Source: Eledone cirrhosa
Lineage: Eukaryota
DNA length: 64,000 bases
Assembly: GCA_964016885.1 (NCBI GenBank)
Contig: OZ024740.1
Span: 106,764,001 to 106,828,000 of the forward strand
Direction of reading: 5' to 3'
This document shows, one piece after another, positions 40,326-53,359 of the stretch. Position numbers and translations under genes: made by a program. Below the pieces are notes generated by a model, which saw nothing but the letters and a program-made list of their open reading frames with translations, made no database searches and was not told the origin of the DNA. Numbering within the stretch: position 1 is the stretch's first letter; each line of letters begins with the position of its first letter.

Positions 40326-41160
40326 TTCACATCACATCACACCACATCAAATCACTCCGCACGCCATCACATCACACCACATCTCACCAAATCACACCAC
40401 ACCACACCACATCACTCCACACCACATCACTCCACACCACATCACTCCACACCACACCACACCACACCACACCCCATCACACCACATCACACCACACCAC
40501 ACCACACCACACCACATCACACCACACCACATCACACCATATCTCACCACATCACACCACACCACACCACATCACATCTCACCACATCACACCACACCAC
40601 ATCACACCACACCACATCTCACCATATCACATCACATCACATCACATCTCACCACATCACACCACATCTCACCACATCACACCACACCACACCACATCAC
40701 ACCACACCACATCACATCACACCATATCACACCACACCACATCAGACCACACCACATCACATCACATCACATCACACCACACCACATCACACCATATCAC
40801 ATCACATCACATCTCGTCTCGTCTCGTCTCGTCTCGTCTCGTCTCGTCTCGTCACGTCTCGTCTCGTCTCGTCTCGTCTCGTCTCGTCTCGTCTCGTCTC
40901 GCCTCGCCTCATTTCACCACGCCACGCCACATTTCACCACGCCACGCCACATTTCATCACATCACATTTCACCACGCCACGCCACATCACATCACATGCC
41001 ATCACACCACATGCTACCACACTACATCCCACCACACTCCACTACACCATATCCCCCACCCTACATTGAACCACACTCCACTCCACTACACCACACCACT
41101 GTCCACTATACTAAACCACACTCCACTACACTACACCACACCACACCACACCACACCACT
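40326..41160. repeat. (CACAT/CACCA)n and (TCTCG)n pentamer satellites
   Basis: Directly visible; source of the His/Thr-rich ORFs. Confidence 0.9.
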
Positions 41161-42062
41161 GTCTATTCGACTGTTTTCTATTTCGTAGGTATGTCCAGTT
41201 ACAGTAAGAGAAAGAAAGTTATTTCAAAGGATCTGAGTAAGTAAACACTTCATTGACCATCATTTTAAGCAGAATCTCAGTGTAGTTTTAAATTTACCTT
41301 TTCATATGATTACACCTCAGTCTTAACTTAATCACCTGTAGGTGGATGCTACATGTAATGTTAAAATTAGTTAAACACTGTTTCCCCCTTCTCATCACAT
41401 GTGGATGCTACATGTGTATTGTTAACATTAATCTAACGTTGTGTCTCCCCCCGCCTCACCATATACCACACCACATCACACCATGTTGTACCACACCAGA
41501 CCACATAACACCATGCTATACCATATATATATATATATATATATATGAGCTCCCCACTCGTTATATTAACTGTATCTCCTCGGTGTTTCGTGAAAGTCTG
41601 AGAGATCAGCTATATATTTGTTTACAATTTTTTTTTTATATTTAGTTGGAAAAAAAGAAAAAGACGACGAAGCAGACGACTAAAATGAAAATGACAACAA
41701 AGACAAAGAAGACACGGGAAATGAAGATGACGAAAAGAAGAAGAAAGTATGATCTCAATTCAGTCTAAACCTAATGATTTATAGATATGATCTTAGTTCA
41801 GTCTTAACCTAATGACCTGTAGATACAATCTATTTAGGTTTAACTTAAACATTCAAAGATATTTGTATATACTTTTGTTGATGTTTGACATTGTTTTTTA
41901 GTTATGAAATAGCTTATAAGCTACATTATAGGATCACAGTGCATGAGCACACTGCTCTTTAAATTAACTTTATCTCCTCAGCACTTTGTAAAGTCTGAGA
42001 GATAGGCAACATATATGTTTTACATTCTTTGTTTTTGGTATTTAGATGGCAGAGGAGAAGAT

Positions 42063-42262
42063 AAAGGTACAGAAGAAGTCAAAGGCACAGAAGCAGTCAA
42101 AGGCACAGAAGAAGTCAAAGGCACAGAAGCAGTCAAAGGCACAGAAGAAGTCAAAGGCACAGAAGAAGTCAAAGGCACAGAAGCAGTCAAAGGCACAGAA
42201 GCAGTCAAAAGCACAGAAGCAGTCAAAGGCACAGAAGAAAACAAAGGCACAGAAGAAGACAA
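42063..42262 (+). repeat. 18-bp minisatellite (aaaggcacagaagaagtc), KGTEEV-coding frame
   Basis: About 11 tandem units downstream of an acceptor-like tttag. Confidence 0.85.
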
Positions 42263-42599
42263 AGAAAATGAACAAGAAGAACAATTATTATTACTATTAT
42301 TATTGTTATTATTATTTGTATTATTATAATCAAACTAAGCCACACTACATCAACCTATACCATACCATGCCACACCACACTGACAAACATTATACCATAC
42401 CACATTATCCAACACCACACTACGAAACACTGTACGACCTCACATCAGACCATGCTATGAAACAATATACCATACTACACTATACAACAATAGACAACAC
42501 CACACAAGACTATGAAACACTATACTTTACCACACTATATCACACCACTCAAGTTAGAGAGGATCAACTTTTTTCCTGGAAAGTAGAAAACCTAACTTT

Positions 42600-45500
42600 A
42601 AGCTAAAACCGAACTTTAAAAATAACACTTACCCTAACACTTGCAGCCACACATGCTCTAACAGTGAACTTAGCGCTAACATGAAAACTAACACAAACAC
42701 AAAATCTGAAAACTAACATTAAATAGAAAACTAACACAAACACTAACCTGAAAACTAACACTAAAACTGACACTAACACTAACCTGAACACCAGCACTAA
42801 AACTAACACTACCGTAAACACTAATACAAACACAAACACTAACCTGAACACTTACATTAAAACTAACATTAGCACAAACATTAGCCTGAACACTAGCACT
42901 AAAACTAACACTACCATAAACACTAACACTGACCTGAGCATTAACACTAAAAGTAACACTAACACAAACACTAATCTGAAAACTGATACTAACCAGAAAA
43001 CTAAGCTAACATTAACTTCAACACTAAACAAACACTAACGCTAGCAGAGATACTAACACAAATATTAACACAAAAACAAACACTAACACAATCTCTAACA
43101 CTAACCTCAACACTAACACCAAAACTAACATTAACTTAAACACTAACTCTAACCTGAAAACTAAGCTAACATTAACCTGAACACTAACATAAACACTAAT
43201 GCTAACACTAACAGAAATACTAATGCTAACATTAACGCTAACCTTAACACAAAAACAAAGACTAACGCTAACACAATCACTAACACTAATGGAAACATCA
43301 AACACTAATGCTAACAGAGATACTAACACAAATATTAACACAAAAACAAATACTAACACTAACACAATCTCTAACACTAACCTTAACACTAAAACTAACA
43401 CTAACATTAACTTTAACACTAACATTAACCTGAACACTTACACTAAAACTAACACTAACAGAGATACTAACACAAATATTAACACAAAAACAAACACTAA
43501 CACAATCTCTAACACTAAAACTAACATTAACTTGAACACTAACACTAACCTGAAAACTAAGCTAACATTAACCTGAACACTAACACAAACACTCATGCTA
43601 ACACTAACAGAAATACTAATGCTAACATTAACACAAAAACAAAGACTAACGCTAACACAATCACTAACACTAATGGAAACATCAATCACTAATGCTAACA
43701 GAGATACTAACACAAATATTAACACAAAAACAAACACTAACACAATCTCTAACACTAACCTTAACACTAAAACTAACATTAACACTAACATAACTTGAAC
43801 ACTAACACTAACCTGAACACTTACACTAAAACTAACATTAACCTAAGCACTAGCACTAAAACTAACACTACCATAAACAGTAACACAAACACTAACACTG
43901 ATCTGAGCACTAACAGTAACACTAACACTACCATAAAAACTAACACTAAAAAAAAACACTAACATTAAAACTAACACGAAAACTGATACTAACCAGAAAA
44001 CTAAGCTAACATTAACCTCAACACTAAAACAAACACTAACATTAACAGAAAAACAAAGACTAGCACTAACACTAATGGAAACACTAACACAAACATTAAC
44101 ACAAAATAAAACACTAACACTAATGGAAAAAATAACACTAACACTAAAACTAACACTACCGTAAACACTAACACTAAAACTGACATTAACACGAACATTA
44201 ACCTGAACACTAACACTACCATAAACCACTAACCTGAGCACTAACACTAAAAGTAACACGAGCCCTAACCTGAAAACTAACACTAACCAGAAAACTAAGT
44301 CAACATTAACCTGAACACTAACACAAACACTAACACTAACAAAAATGCTAACACTAATACAAAATCAAACACTAACACGAACACTAATGGAAACGCTAAC
44401 GCCAACGCTGACACTGACGAAGATGGCTATGCTGGCACAAACGCTAGCGCAAATGTTGACACAATCGCTTACGCTGACACAAACACTAACGTGAATACTG
44501 ATGCAGGTGCAAAGGCGAATGCTGACAAAGACTCTGACGCACACACTGATGTAAATGCTACACAGACTCTAACGCTGACGTGGACACTGACACAAATGCT
44601 CACGCTGATGCAAACACTAAAGCAAATGCAGACACTAATGCAAACACAGACGCAAATGTTGATGCAGATGTTAAAGCAAACGCAAATGCTGACGCAAATG
44701 ATGACAGCGATGCTAATGTGAACCTTAACGCAGACGTAAACATTGACGTAGAAGCTAAAGGAAACACTGATGCAAATGCTGACACAGATGCAGACGCTGA
44801 CACAGACGCTAACACACGTTAACACAGATGCTAACGTAAACACTAACGCAGATGCTAATATAAACACTGACGCAGACGCTAACATAAACGCTGACACAGA
44901 TGCTAACACAAGTTGATACAGACGCTAACGTAAACGATGACGCAGACGCTAATGTAAACGATGACGTAGAAGCTAACGTAAACGCTGACACAGACGCAAA
45001 TGTAAACGCTGACGCTGATGTAGATGTAAATACAGACGCTGACAGAGACGCTGACGTAGAAGCTAACACAAACGCTGACACAGACACTAACGTAAGCGCT
45101 GACGTAGAAGCTAATGTAGATGCTGACGTAGAAGCTAACGTAAACGATGGCGTAGATGTTAACGTAGACGCTGACGTAGAAGCTAACGTTGATGCTGACG
45201 TAGAAGCTAACGTAAACGCTGACGTAGAAGCTAACAAAACGCTGACGTAGTTGTTAACGTAGAAGCAGGCGTAGAAGTTAGCGTTTACCCTTACCGCCGA
45301 AGCTGATCTCCAAAACGCAATTGCTGATGCAGATTGCTAAAGCCAAAGCTAACGCTGACGCAAATGTTGAGGCAGTTTTGCCAGCGCTGACGTGTATGCT
45401 GACGCTAACGCAAATGCTGATGCGGACGCTAAGGCTAAGGCTAACGCTAACGCTGACGCAAATGCTGAAGTTAACGCTTACATGGGATATGCAGACGCTG

Positions 45501-46370
45501 CAATGATGCGGACGCCACAGGAAAGGTTAAACGCCAATGCTAACGGAAACGCTGACGCAGACGTTACGGAAACGCTGACGTAGAAGCTAACGTAAACGCT
45601 GACACAGACGCTAACGGAAACACTGACATAGATGCTAACGGAAATGCTGACATAGAAGCTAACGGAAACACTGATATAGATGCTAACGGAAATGCTGACG
45701 CAGAAGCTAACGGAAACAGTGACACAGACGCTAACGGAAATGCTGACAAAGACGTTAAAGGAAACGCTGTCGCAAACGCTAATGCTAATGTGAATGCTGA
45801 TGCAGATGCTGACGCAAATGCTAACCCCTACACAAATGCAAACGCTGATGCTAACACTGACTCAAACAATTAAATGCAAATGCTGACGTGCACGCTGATG
45901 CAAACGCTGACACTGTGGAAAAGGCTGACACTGACACATGTGCTGACGCGGACGCTAATGATAATGCTGACTCAGAAGCTGACGTAGACGTAGGCACTGA
46001 AACAAACACTAATGCTAACACTAATGTTGACTCAGACGCTAAGGGAAATGCTGACACAATCACTATCACCAATGCAGACGCTGACGCAAATGCTGACATA
46101 GATGCTGATACGCAAACACTAAGGCTAATCCAAACACTAACGCAGATGCTAACACCAGTCTACATATACACTAACACAAAAGCTTACATAGACGCTTATG
46201 CAAATGCTAACGCTGATGCAGACAGTAACGCAAACAGTAACTGTAAGAGTAACAGTTACAGTAACACTAACAGTGACAGTAATGCTAACAGTAACACAGT
46301 CACTAACAATAAACTTACCATTAACAGTAAAACTTACCCTAACACTAACCTTAAATCTAACATTAACCCA
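42600..46370. repeat. Degenerate hexamer satellite grading from ACTAAC to GCTAAC/GCTGAC
   Basis: 6-nt periodicity, strong strand asymmetry, internal block duplications. Confidence 0.85.
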
Positions 46371-46885
46371 GAGAAAAAAGTCATTTGCAATCACATTTAA
46401 GGTCACTCTTTAAGATATAGAAGATAGGCATTACATTTTAATGATTTTAATTTAAAGAGAATCACGCTATATGATGCAACACAATAACACACCACACCAC
46501 ACTAACCTACACTACACCAAACCAGATTATACCATACCTTGGTAAATTTCTGATAGGTTTCCATGTTATAACTACACCAAACTAAACCATACCAAACTAC
46601 ACCAAACCAAACCACACCATAACAAACTACACCATACTACATCACACCATGCTATTGAACTGCTTTTTTTGTCTTTTTTTTGTGTGTGTGCTTACCACCC
46701 AATCTGACATTAAAAGTGTTCGCAATTAACTATTTTTTGCACATATTATCAATGAAGACTTTGAAACTTGTTGAAAATGACTAGCTTTGTAAAAAAAAGA
46801 GGGCGGAAAGTGGGTGGAAATACCATTCAGAAAGCTTGTCATTTTTGATTGCAGTGAAAGTCATATTTGTTGTTAATATGGTAAT

Positions 46886-47220
46886 GGAGGCACATGGCTT
46901 AGTGGTTAGAGCATTGGCCTTGCAATCGAAAGGTTGTGAGTTCAATTCTCAGACCAGGTGGTGTGTTATTTCCTTTGGCAAGACACTTTATTTCACATTG
47001 CTCCAGTTTACTCAGCTGTACAAATGAAATGATAGAGACTGGGGTCCCTATCATTCCACTGTAAAGTGGTCGTGTAGGTGCCACGGCAAAAACCACCCAG
47101 CACTCACTGTAAATGAGGTTGGTGTTAGGAAGGGCATCCAGGTGTAGAAATCAAGCCAGAATCAGTTCCCGTCCCACCCTTGCAAGCAGGGAAAAGTGGA
47201 CGTAAAATGATGATGATGAT
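46886..47220 (+). mobile_element. tRNA-derived SINE, family A, with atggtaa target-site duplication
   Basis: Full-length copy; the homologous empty site at about 47780 (gttaatatgctaaaagcatag) lacks it. Confidence 0.9.
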
Positions 47221-48375
47221 GGTAAAAGCATAGTCGGCTGTGAGCATGTTGGAGGTTGGAAAACCATACCACATTAAACTACATCAAACTACACCATACT
47301 ACATCACACCATGCTATTAATCTCAGTGAGAACATTTTTCTTCCTTTTTTTTTTTCTGTGTGTGTGTGTGCTTACCACCCAATCTGATATCAAAGGTGCT
47401 CACAAATGACTATTTTTTTACACATTATCAATGTATATAACATAGAAACCTATCATTTGCAATAGGTTCCCATGTCATAACTACAACAAACCAAACCACA
47501 CCATAACAAACTACACCATTCTACATCCCACTATGCTTTTGATCTCAGTGTGAAAAATTTTCTTCCTGTTTCTTTTTTTTTTTTTGTGTGTGTGTTCTTA
47601 CCACCCAATCTGACATCAAAGGTGCTGCAATTGACTATTTTTCGCACATATTATCAATAATTATGACATGGAAAACTGTCAAAAATGACTAGCTTTGTAG
47701 AAAAAAGAGGGAGGATGTGGGTGGAAATACCATTTACAAAGCTAGTCATTTTTTATTGCAGCAGAAGTCATATTTCTTGTTAATATGCTAAAAGCATAGT
47801 CCACTGCGAGCATCTTGGAAGTTGATAGCACATGCAAAAATGAATGAAAAATTTTTTTTCTAACATAAATCAAAGTGGAAATTTAAATCCTCACTTATAA
47901 CAAAGCACACCACAGCAATTAATCTACCCCAATCCACACCATATACTTCACCATAACCATACTTCACCATATGGTAAATTTATTACAGAACACCTACTCC
48001 TACCATTTACATCACACCAATGCTCGCAGTTGACTATTTTTTTCACATATTATGAATGAATATAACTTTGAAACCTGTCATCAATGATTAGCTTTGTAGA
48101 AAAATGAAGGCAGAAAGTGGGTGGAAAAACCATTCACAAAGCTAGTCATTTTTAATTGCAGTGGAAATCATATTTGTTGTTAATATGCTAAAAAAATAGT
48201 CAATTGCAAGCATTTTGGAGGTCGGATTAGTTGATAGGACATAAAAAACAAAGGAAAACAAATATTGTTTATATGTTCCTGTGGAAAGTCGGGTCTTCTG
48301 TATTACTGTGTGACACCAGAGGTCATGGTCGTGTGCCATTGCCCTTGAGAGGTGCAATTGGGAAAGGTCGGCTTA

Positions 48376-48948
48376 GAAATATTTACTTCTGCGTTCACAG
48401 ATTGATTTTTTTTAGTTTCAGAAGATCCCATTAAGGGTGAAAGCAGCCGATTCTTTGCTTAAACTTTAATCTGTTATTTTAATAAAATTTGCTCTACGGT
48501 CCTTATATATTTGATATATATTTATCCTTATCGAGCCCTCTTTGGATGTTAGTCTTCAAATTTATTATTATTACTATTTGGCTCCCTTGATTGAGTACTC
48601 TATTGACTTATATTCATCATGCAGAAACGACATCTGAATATTTCTACAAAGAACATACCCGTACCAAGCAGGAAGAAATACCTAAAACTACGTATCCACG
48701 AACCAAAGTATCGCCTTCCTGTCTTCCTTTGGTTGCAACGTTTTTCGAAATATTTACTTCTGCGTTCACAGATTGATTTTTTTTTTTAGTTTCAGAAGAT
48801 CCCATTAAGGGTGAAAGCAGCCGATTCTTTACTTAAACTTTAATCTGTTGTTTTAATAAATATTTGCTCAACGGTGTTTATATAATTGATATATATATTA
48901 ATCCCTATCGAGCCCTCTTTGGATTTTAGTCTTCATATGTATTATTAT

Positions 48949-48952
<4 letters not shown>
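48376..48952 (+). mobile_element. ~1.55 tandem copies of a ~374-nt ORF-less unit, each with a hammerhead-like motif (non-LTR retrozyme candidate)
   Basis: 48376-48577 is repeated at 48747-48952; motifs at 48414-48465 and 48788-48839. Confidence 0.65.
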
Positions 48953-48980
<28 letters not shown>

Positions 48981-48986
<6 letters not shown>

Positions 48987-50376
48987 ATACTTTGGGAGGG
49001 TCATGTTGCCAATAACAAATACACGCACCAGTTGCTTTCACTTCAATTTATTATCATAAATTTATAATAAATTTATAAATTTATAAATTTCTGGTTGGTT
49101 GTTTCCACAACCAGATAGTTGTTTATATATAGTCATAGTTCTTTCGTCACACACTCTGTGACCTCTTCAGTGACTGGGGATTCCTTTCTTTGTTTCTGTG
49201 CCTCTCCTTTGTTCTGTCCTACGCCATTTTGTTTCTGTGTGTGTGTTGTGTGCTCAGTCTGCGCATGCGCCACATCCGGGTGTCTGTGTGTGTTTATATT
49301 CATTTATTTATTTGTTTATTTACAAGTTACTGGTTGGTTGTTTGTTCTATGTGTGTGTGTGTTTTCATTTTGTCCTTAATTGTAAGTTGTGATGTTGCTG
49401 TTCCACTCATATTTTCTATTTAATTTTGGTTGTAATTCTTTTATGTTTATTGCCTCTGTAATTTGTCTAAACATTGCGTCTTTTCTGTGTGTAGATTCTA
49501 TTTTTATTTCTATGTTCTCTAATTTACCTTTGTGTTCTATTTTAGCATGTTGGTAGAGTACAGATGATTCTTTATTATCTTGAAGGTCTCGCCAGTGTTC
49601 ATTTATCCGTCTCACCTATGTACACTATATTTTTGTCTCTACATTGTCCTTCAGTACATCTTATGCTATACACTACATTTCTAGTTTTACAGTTAATATG
49701 GGGGCTTATTTTACAGGTTATACATTTCTTATCTATACATGAGGGTCTTTGAAAAGGGTATGTCTTGCTAATAAGTGTTTTTACGGAGGTACCTGGTCTT
49801 TCTACTATCTTAATATTGAGTTTATGTTTATTTAGGGCCCTTCTAAATTTGTAAGCTAATTCACCTCTAGGGGTTGTATCGATGAACATTACACTCTGGT
49901 ATTTATTGCTATCATACCATGAGTTTATTCTATTAGCCTTGTTCCTAGTTCTTTCTATTCTATTCCAAAATTTGCTCCTATACAAGGGGCAGGTCCCATT
50001 TATGTCATTATTTACCATTTTTTCCCATTTGGTTCTGGCTCCTCTATACACTCTGATTTTATCTCTCTGATTGTAACCAGAGAACTGCATACGGTGGATG
50101 AAGTGTTGTATGTGTCTCTCTAGTTCTTCGGGGTTGCACATGCGGGACACGTTTCTCATCACCCGTACCAAATCCGCAATCAGTATGTTGATTTTGGTAT
50201 GGTCCGAAACGGCCGAGTTTCGGTGGATCAGATGTTTGGAAGTCATGGGTTTGGCGTAATGGGAATGGAGGATTTGTTTTTTGTTGTTAATGGTATCTAA
50301 CCAGAGCTCTGTGTCTAGTACAGGTAATCGATGGTTGGGGTGTTTACTTGGGTAGTCTATAGTAACTCTAATGCTC
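48981..50376 (-). mobile_element. Inverted 3' copy of PLE (RT thumb, GIY-YIG, pseudo-LTR)
   Basis: Reverse complement of about 51473-52889, with a short deletion after YIGET. Confidence 0.92.
49131..49175 (-). ncRNA. Minimal type I hammerhead (PLE pseudo-LTR)
   Basis: Reverse complement of 52692-52736. Confidence 0.75.
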
Positions 50377-52493
50377 TTGACAGTAACTCTAATGGTAGTA
50401 ACTCTAATGCTCTTGACAGCCTGCCAAACTACATCCAGGCAATGCAACCCCACATCACTAACACAAGAGAGGTAACACCACAGGAGCATGAGGGTAGAGA
50501 AAAAGCCCTCAATGCACATATGGTGATGTGGACGAATATAATGCAACCCAACAAAAGGACTGCCAACAACTTCCAGGCCTGGAACAATGACGTGCCGGCG
50601 TTTTATGGGCTTCGAAAAGACCATAAAACGGGCAGTGACCCTGTCGCGGGACCACCAACACGGCCAGTCTGCGGAGCTAACATTGCTAGTAACTACAGGC
50701 TGTCCTACTTCCTCTCCCTGATCATACGCCCCATCATTGAAATGTCCCCAGATGTATGTGACAGCACGGAGGACCTCCTCAGCAGAATCGGCGTGAGTAA
50801 CCGATCTAGGGACCTAACAAACTGCATAATAGGCAGTATGGATGTTGTGTCCCTGTATCCATCTATTGACGTGGATTTTGCTGTGGAGAAATGCGTAGAA
50901 ATGATCAGTGAGAGCAAGGTTGAGTTCCGTGGGATTGATACCAGTGAGCTGGGACTCCTACTTAAGCTTACCTATAGTAATAATTACCTAGACACATATG
51001 ACCTTAGCAACCTGTGCCCTACAAGACCAGCAAGAGGCAGACCACCTACCATTACCTCAATGGCCAAGAAAACCCACACAGATAGATGGAACAGGTGGAC
51101 CAGAGCCATACGGACACCCGAAAACCACGATGAACTGAAGAAAATGATTGCACATGCGGTTGGGGCCAGCATAAAACTAACCCTTAAGGAACATATGTTC
51201 AAATTTAATGGAAAAACATATGCCCAAGAGGAAGGAGCAGCCACTGATGTTAGCATTGCATGCGACATAGCTAACTTATTCATGGTATGGTGGGACAGTA
51301 GACTTAAACTTAAACTTAAAGAACAATTAGAAGACTCCTTAACCCTGATAATGTATTCCCGCTACGTTGATGATATAAACATCGTAGTTAAGACACCCCC
51401 ACTAGAGAACAGTCAGGAACTAGAGAAAATCACAATGGAAAGCATCCAGCAAATAGCAAACTCCATCCACCAGAGCATTAGAGTTACTATAGACTACCCA
51501 AGTAAACACCCCAACCATCGATTACCTGTACTAGACACAGAGCTCTGGTTAGATACCATTAACAACAAAAAACAAATCCTCCATTCCCATTATGCCAAAC
51601 CCATGACTTCCAAACATCTGATCCACCGAAACTCGGCCGTTTCGGACCATACCAAAATCAACATACTGATTGCGGATTTGGTACGGGTGATGAGAAATGT
51701 CTCCCGCATGTGCAACCCCGAAGAACTAGAGAGACACATACAACACTTCATCCACCGTATGCAGTTCTCTGGTTACAATCAGAGAGATAAAATCAGAGTG
51801 TATAGAGGAGCCAGAACCAAATGGGAAAAAATGGTAAATAATGACATAAATGGGACCTGCCCCTTGTATAGGAGCAAATTTTGGAATAGAATAGAAAGAA
51901 CTAGGAACAAGGCTAATAGAATAAACTCATGGTATGATAGCAATAAATACCAGAGTGTAATGTTCATCGATACAACCCCTAGAGGTGAATTAGCTTACAA
52001 ATTTAGAAGGGCCCTAAATAAACATAAACTCAATATTAAGATAGTAGAAAGACCAGGTACCTCCGTAAAAACACTTATTAGCAAGACATACCCTTTTCAA
52101 AGACCCTCATGTATAGATAAGAAATGTATAACCTGTAAAATAAGCCCCCATATTAACTGTAAAACTAGAAATGTAGTGTATAGCATAAGATGTACTGAAG
52201 GACAATGTAGAGACAAAAATATAGTGTACATAGGTGAGACAGCTCGTAGTGTAGGGGAACGGATAAATGAACACTGGCGAGACCTTCAAGATAATAAAGA
52301 ATCATCTGTACTCTACCAACATGCTAAAATAGAACACAAGGGTAAATTAGAGAACATAGAAATAAAAATAGAATCTACACACAGAAAAGACGCAATGTTT
52401 AGACAAATTACAGAGGCAATAAACATAAAAGAATTACAACCAAAATTAAATAGAAAATATGAGTGGAACAGCAACATCACAACTTACAATTAA
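50331..52493 (+). CDS. PLE RT-GIY-YIG ORF (Neptune-like), 5'-truncated but uninterrupted
   Basis: YGLRKDHK...RPV, SMDVVSLYPSI, RYVDD, LPVLD, CxxxxCxxC linker, VVYSIRC...YIGETAR..ER..EH, EA, LN. The first ~30 codons come from the inversion junction. Confidence 0.88.
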   Translation: MVGVFTWVVYSNSNALDSNSNGSNSNALDSLPNYIQAMQPHITNTREVTPQEHEGREKALNAHMVMWTNIMQPNKRTANNFQAWNNDVPAFYGLRKDHKTGSDPVAGPPTRPVCGANIASNYRLSYFLSLIIRPIIEMSPDVCDSTEDLLSRIGVSNRSRDLTNCIIGSMDVVSLYPSIDVDFAVEKCVEMISESKVEFRGIDTSELGLLLKLTYSNNYLDTYDLSNLCPTRPARGRPPTITSMAKKTHTDRWNRWTRAIRTPENHDELKKMIAHAVGASIKLTLKEHMFKFNGKTYAQEEGAATDVSIACDIANLFMVWWDSRLKLKLKEQLEDSLTLIMYSRYVDDINIVVKTPPLENSQELEKITMESIQQIANSIHQSIRVTIDYPSKHPNHRLPVLDTELWLDTINNKKQILHSHYAKPMTSKHLIHRNSAVSDHTKINILIADLVRVMRNVSRMCNPEELERHIQHFIHRMQFSGYNQRDKIRVYRGARTKWEKMVNNDINGTCPLYRSKFWNRIERTRNKANRINSWYDSNKYQSVMFIDTTPRGELAYKFRRALNKHKLNIKIVERPGTSVKTLISKTYPFQRPSCIDKKCITCKISPHINCKTRNVVYSIRCTEGQCRDKNIVYIGETARSVGERINEHWRDLQDNKESSVLYQHAKIEHKGKLENIEIKIESTHRKDAMFRQITEAINIKELQPKLNRKYEWNSNITTYN

Positions 52494-52946
52494 GAACAAA
52501 ATGAAAACACACACACACATAGAACAAACAACCAACCAGTAACATGTAAATAAACAAATAAATAAATGAACATAAACACACACAGACACCCGGATGTGGC
52601 GCATGCGCAGACTGAGCACAAAACACACACAGAAACATAATGGCGTAGGACAGAACAAAGGAGAGGCACAGAAACAAAGAAAGGAATCCCCAGTCACTGA
52701 AGAGGTCACAGAGTGTGTGACGAAAGAACTATGACTATATATAAACAACTATCTGGTTGTGGAAACAACCAACCAACTAGAAATTTATAAATTTATAAAT
52801 TTATTATAAATTTATGATAATAAATTGAAGTGAAAGCAACTGGTGCGTGTGTTTGTTATTGGCAACATGACCCTCCCAAAGTATAACAATATCGGTTTCA
52901 ACACACGATTTCAGATAAAGAATCTTGCTAAAGAAATTCAGAAACG

Positions 52947-52948
<2 letters not shown>
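52494..52948 (+). mobile_element. PLE 3' pseudo-LTR
   Basis: Follows the ORF stop; shared with 48981-49375, 21214-21372 and 21960-22405. Confidence 0.85.
52692..52736 (+). ncRNA. Minimal type I hammerhead (PLE pseudo-LTR)
   Basis: aguca-CUGAAGA-g-gucaca gagug ugugac-GAAA-g aa c-UA-ugacu; extra G after A9; 2-bp stem III. Confidence 0.78.
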
Positions 52949-52987
<39 letters not shown>

Positions 52988-52994
52988 CATATTG

Positions 52995-53358
52995 AGAGCA
53001 TTGGCCTAGCAATCGAAAGGTTGTGAGTTCAATTCTCACACCGGGTGATGTGTTGTTTCCTTCAGCAAGACACTTTATTTCACATTGCTCCAGTTTACTC
53101 AGCTGTAGAAATGAGATGATAGGACTGGGGTCCCTATCATTCCACTGCAAAGTGGTCGTGGAGGTGCCACGCAAAAAAAGCACCCAGCCCACACTGTAAA
53201 GTGGATGTGGAGGTGCCATGGGAAAAAAGCACCCAGCACTCACTGTAAATCAGGTTGGTGTTAGGAAGGGCATCCAGCTGTAGAAATCTAGCCAGAATCA
53301 GTTCCCGTCCCACCCTTGCAAGCAGGGAAAAAGTGGACGTAAAATGAAATGATGATGA
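52995..53358 (+). mobile_element. tRNA-derived SINE, family A (slightly 5'-truncated)
   Basis: Matches 515-838. Confidence 0.85.
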
Positions 53359-53359
53359 A

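Noticed and set aside
42063-42262. CRISPR-like array
   Set aside because: Contiguous 18-bp tandem units with no unique spacers, no cas genes, eukaryotic context.
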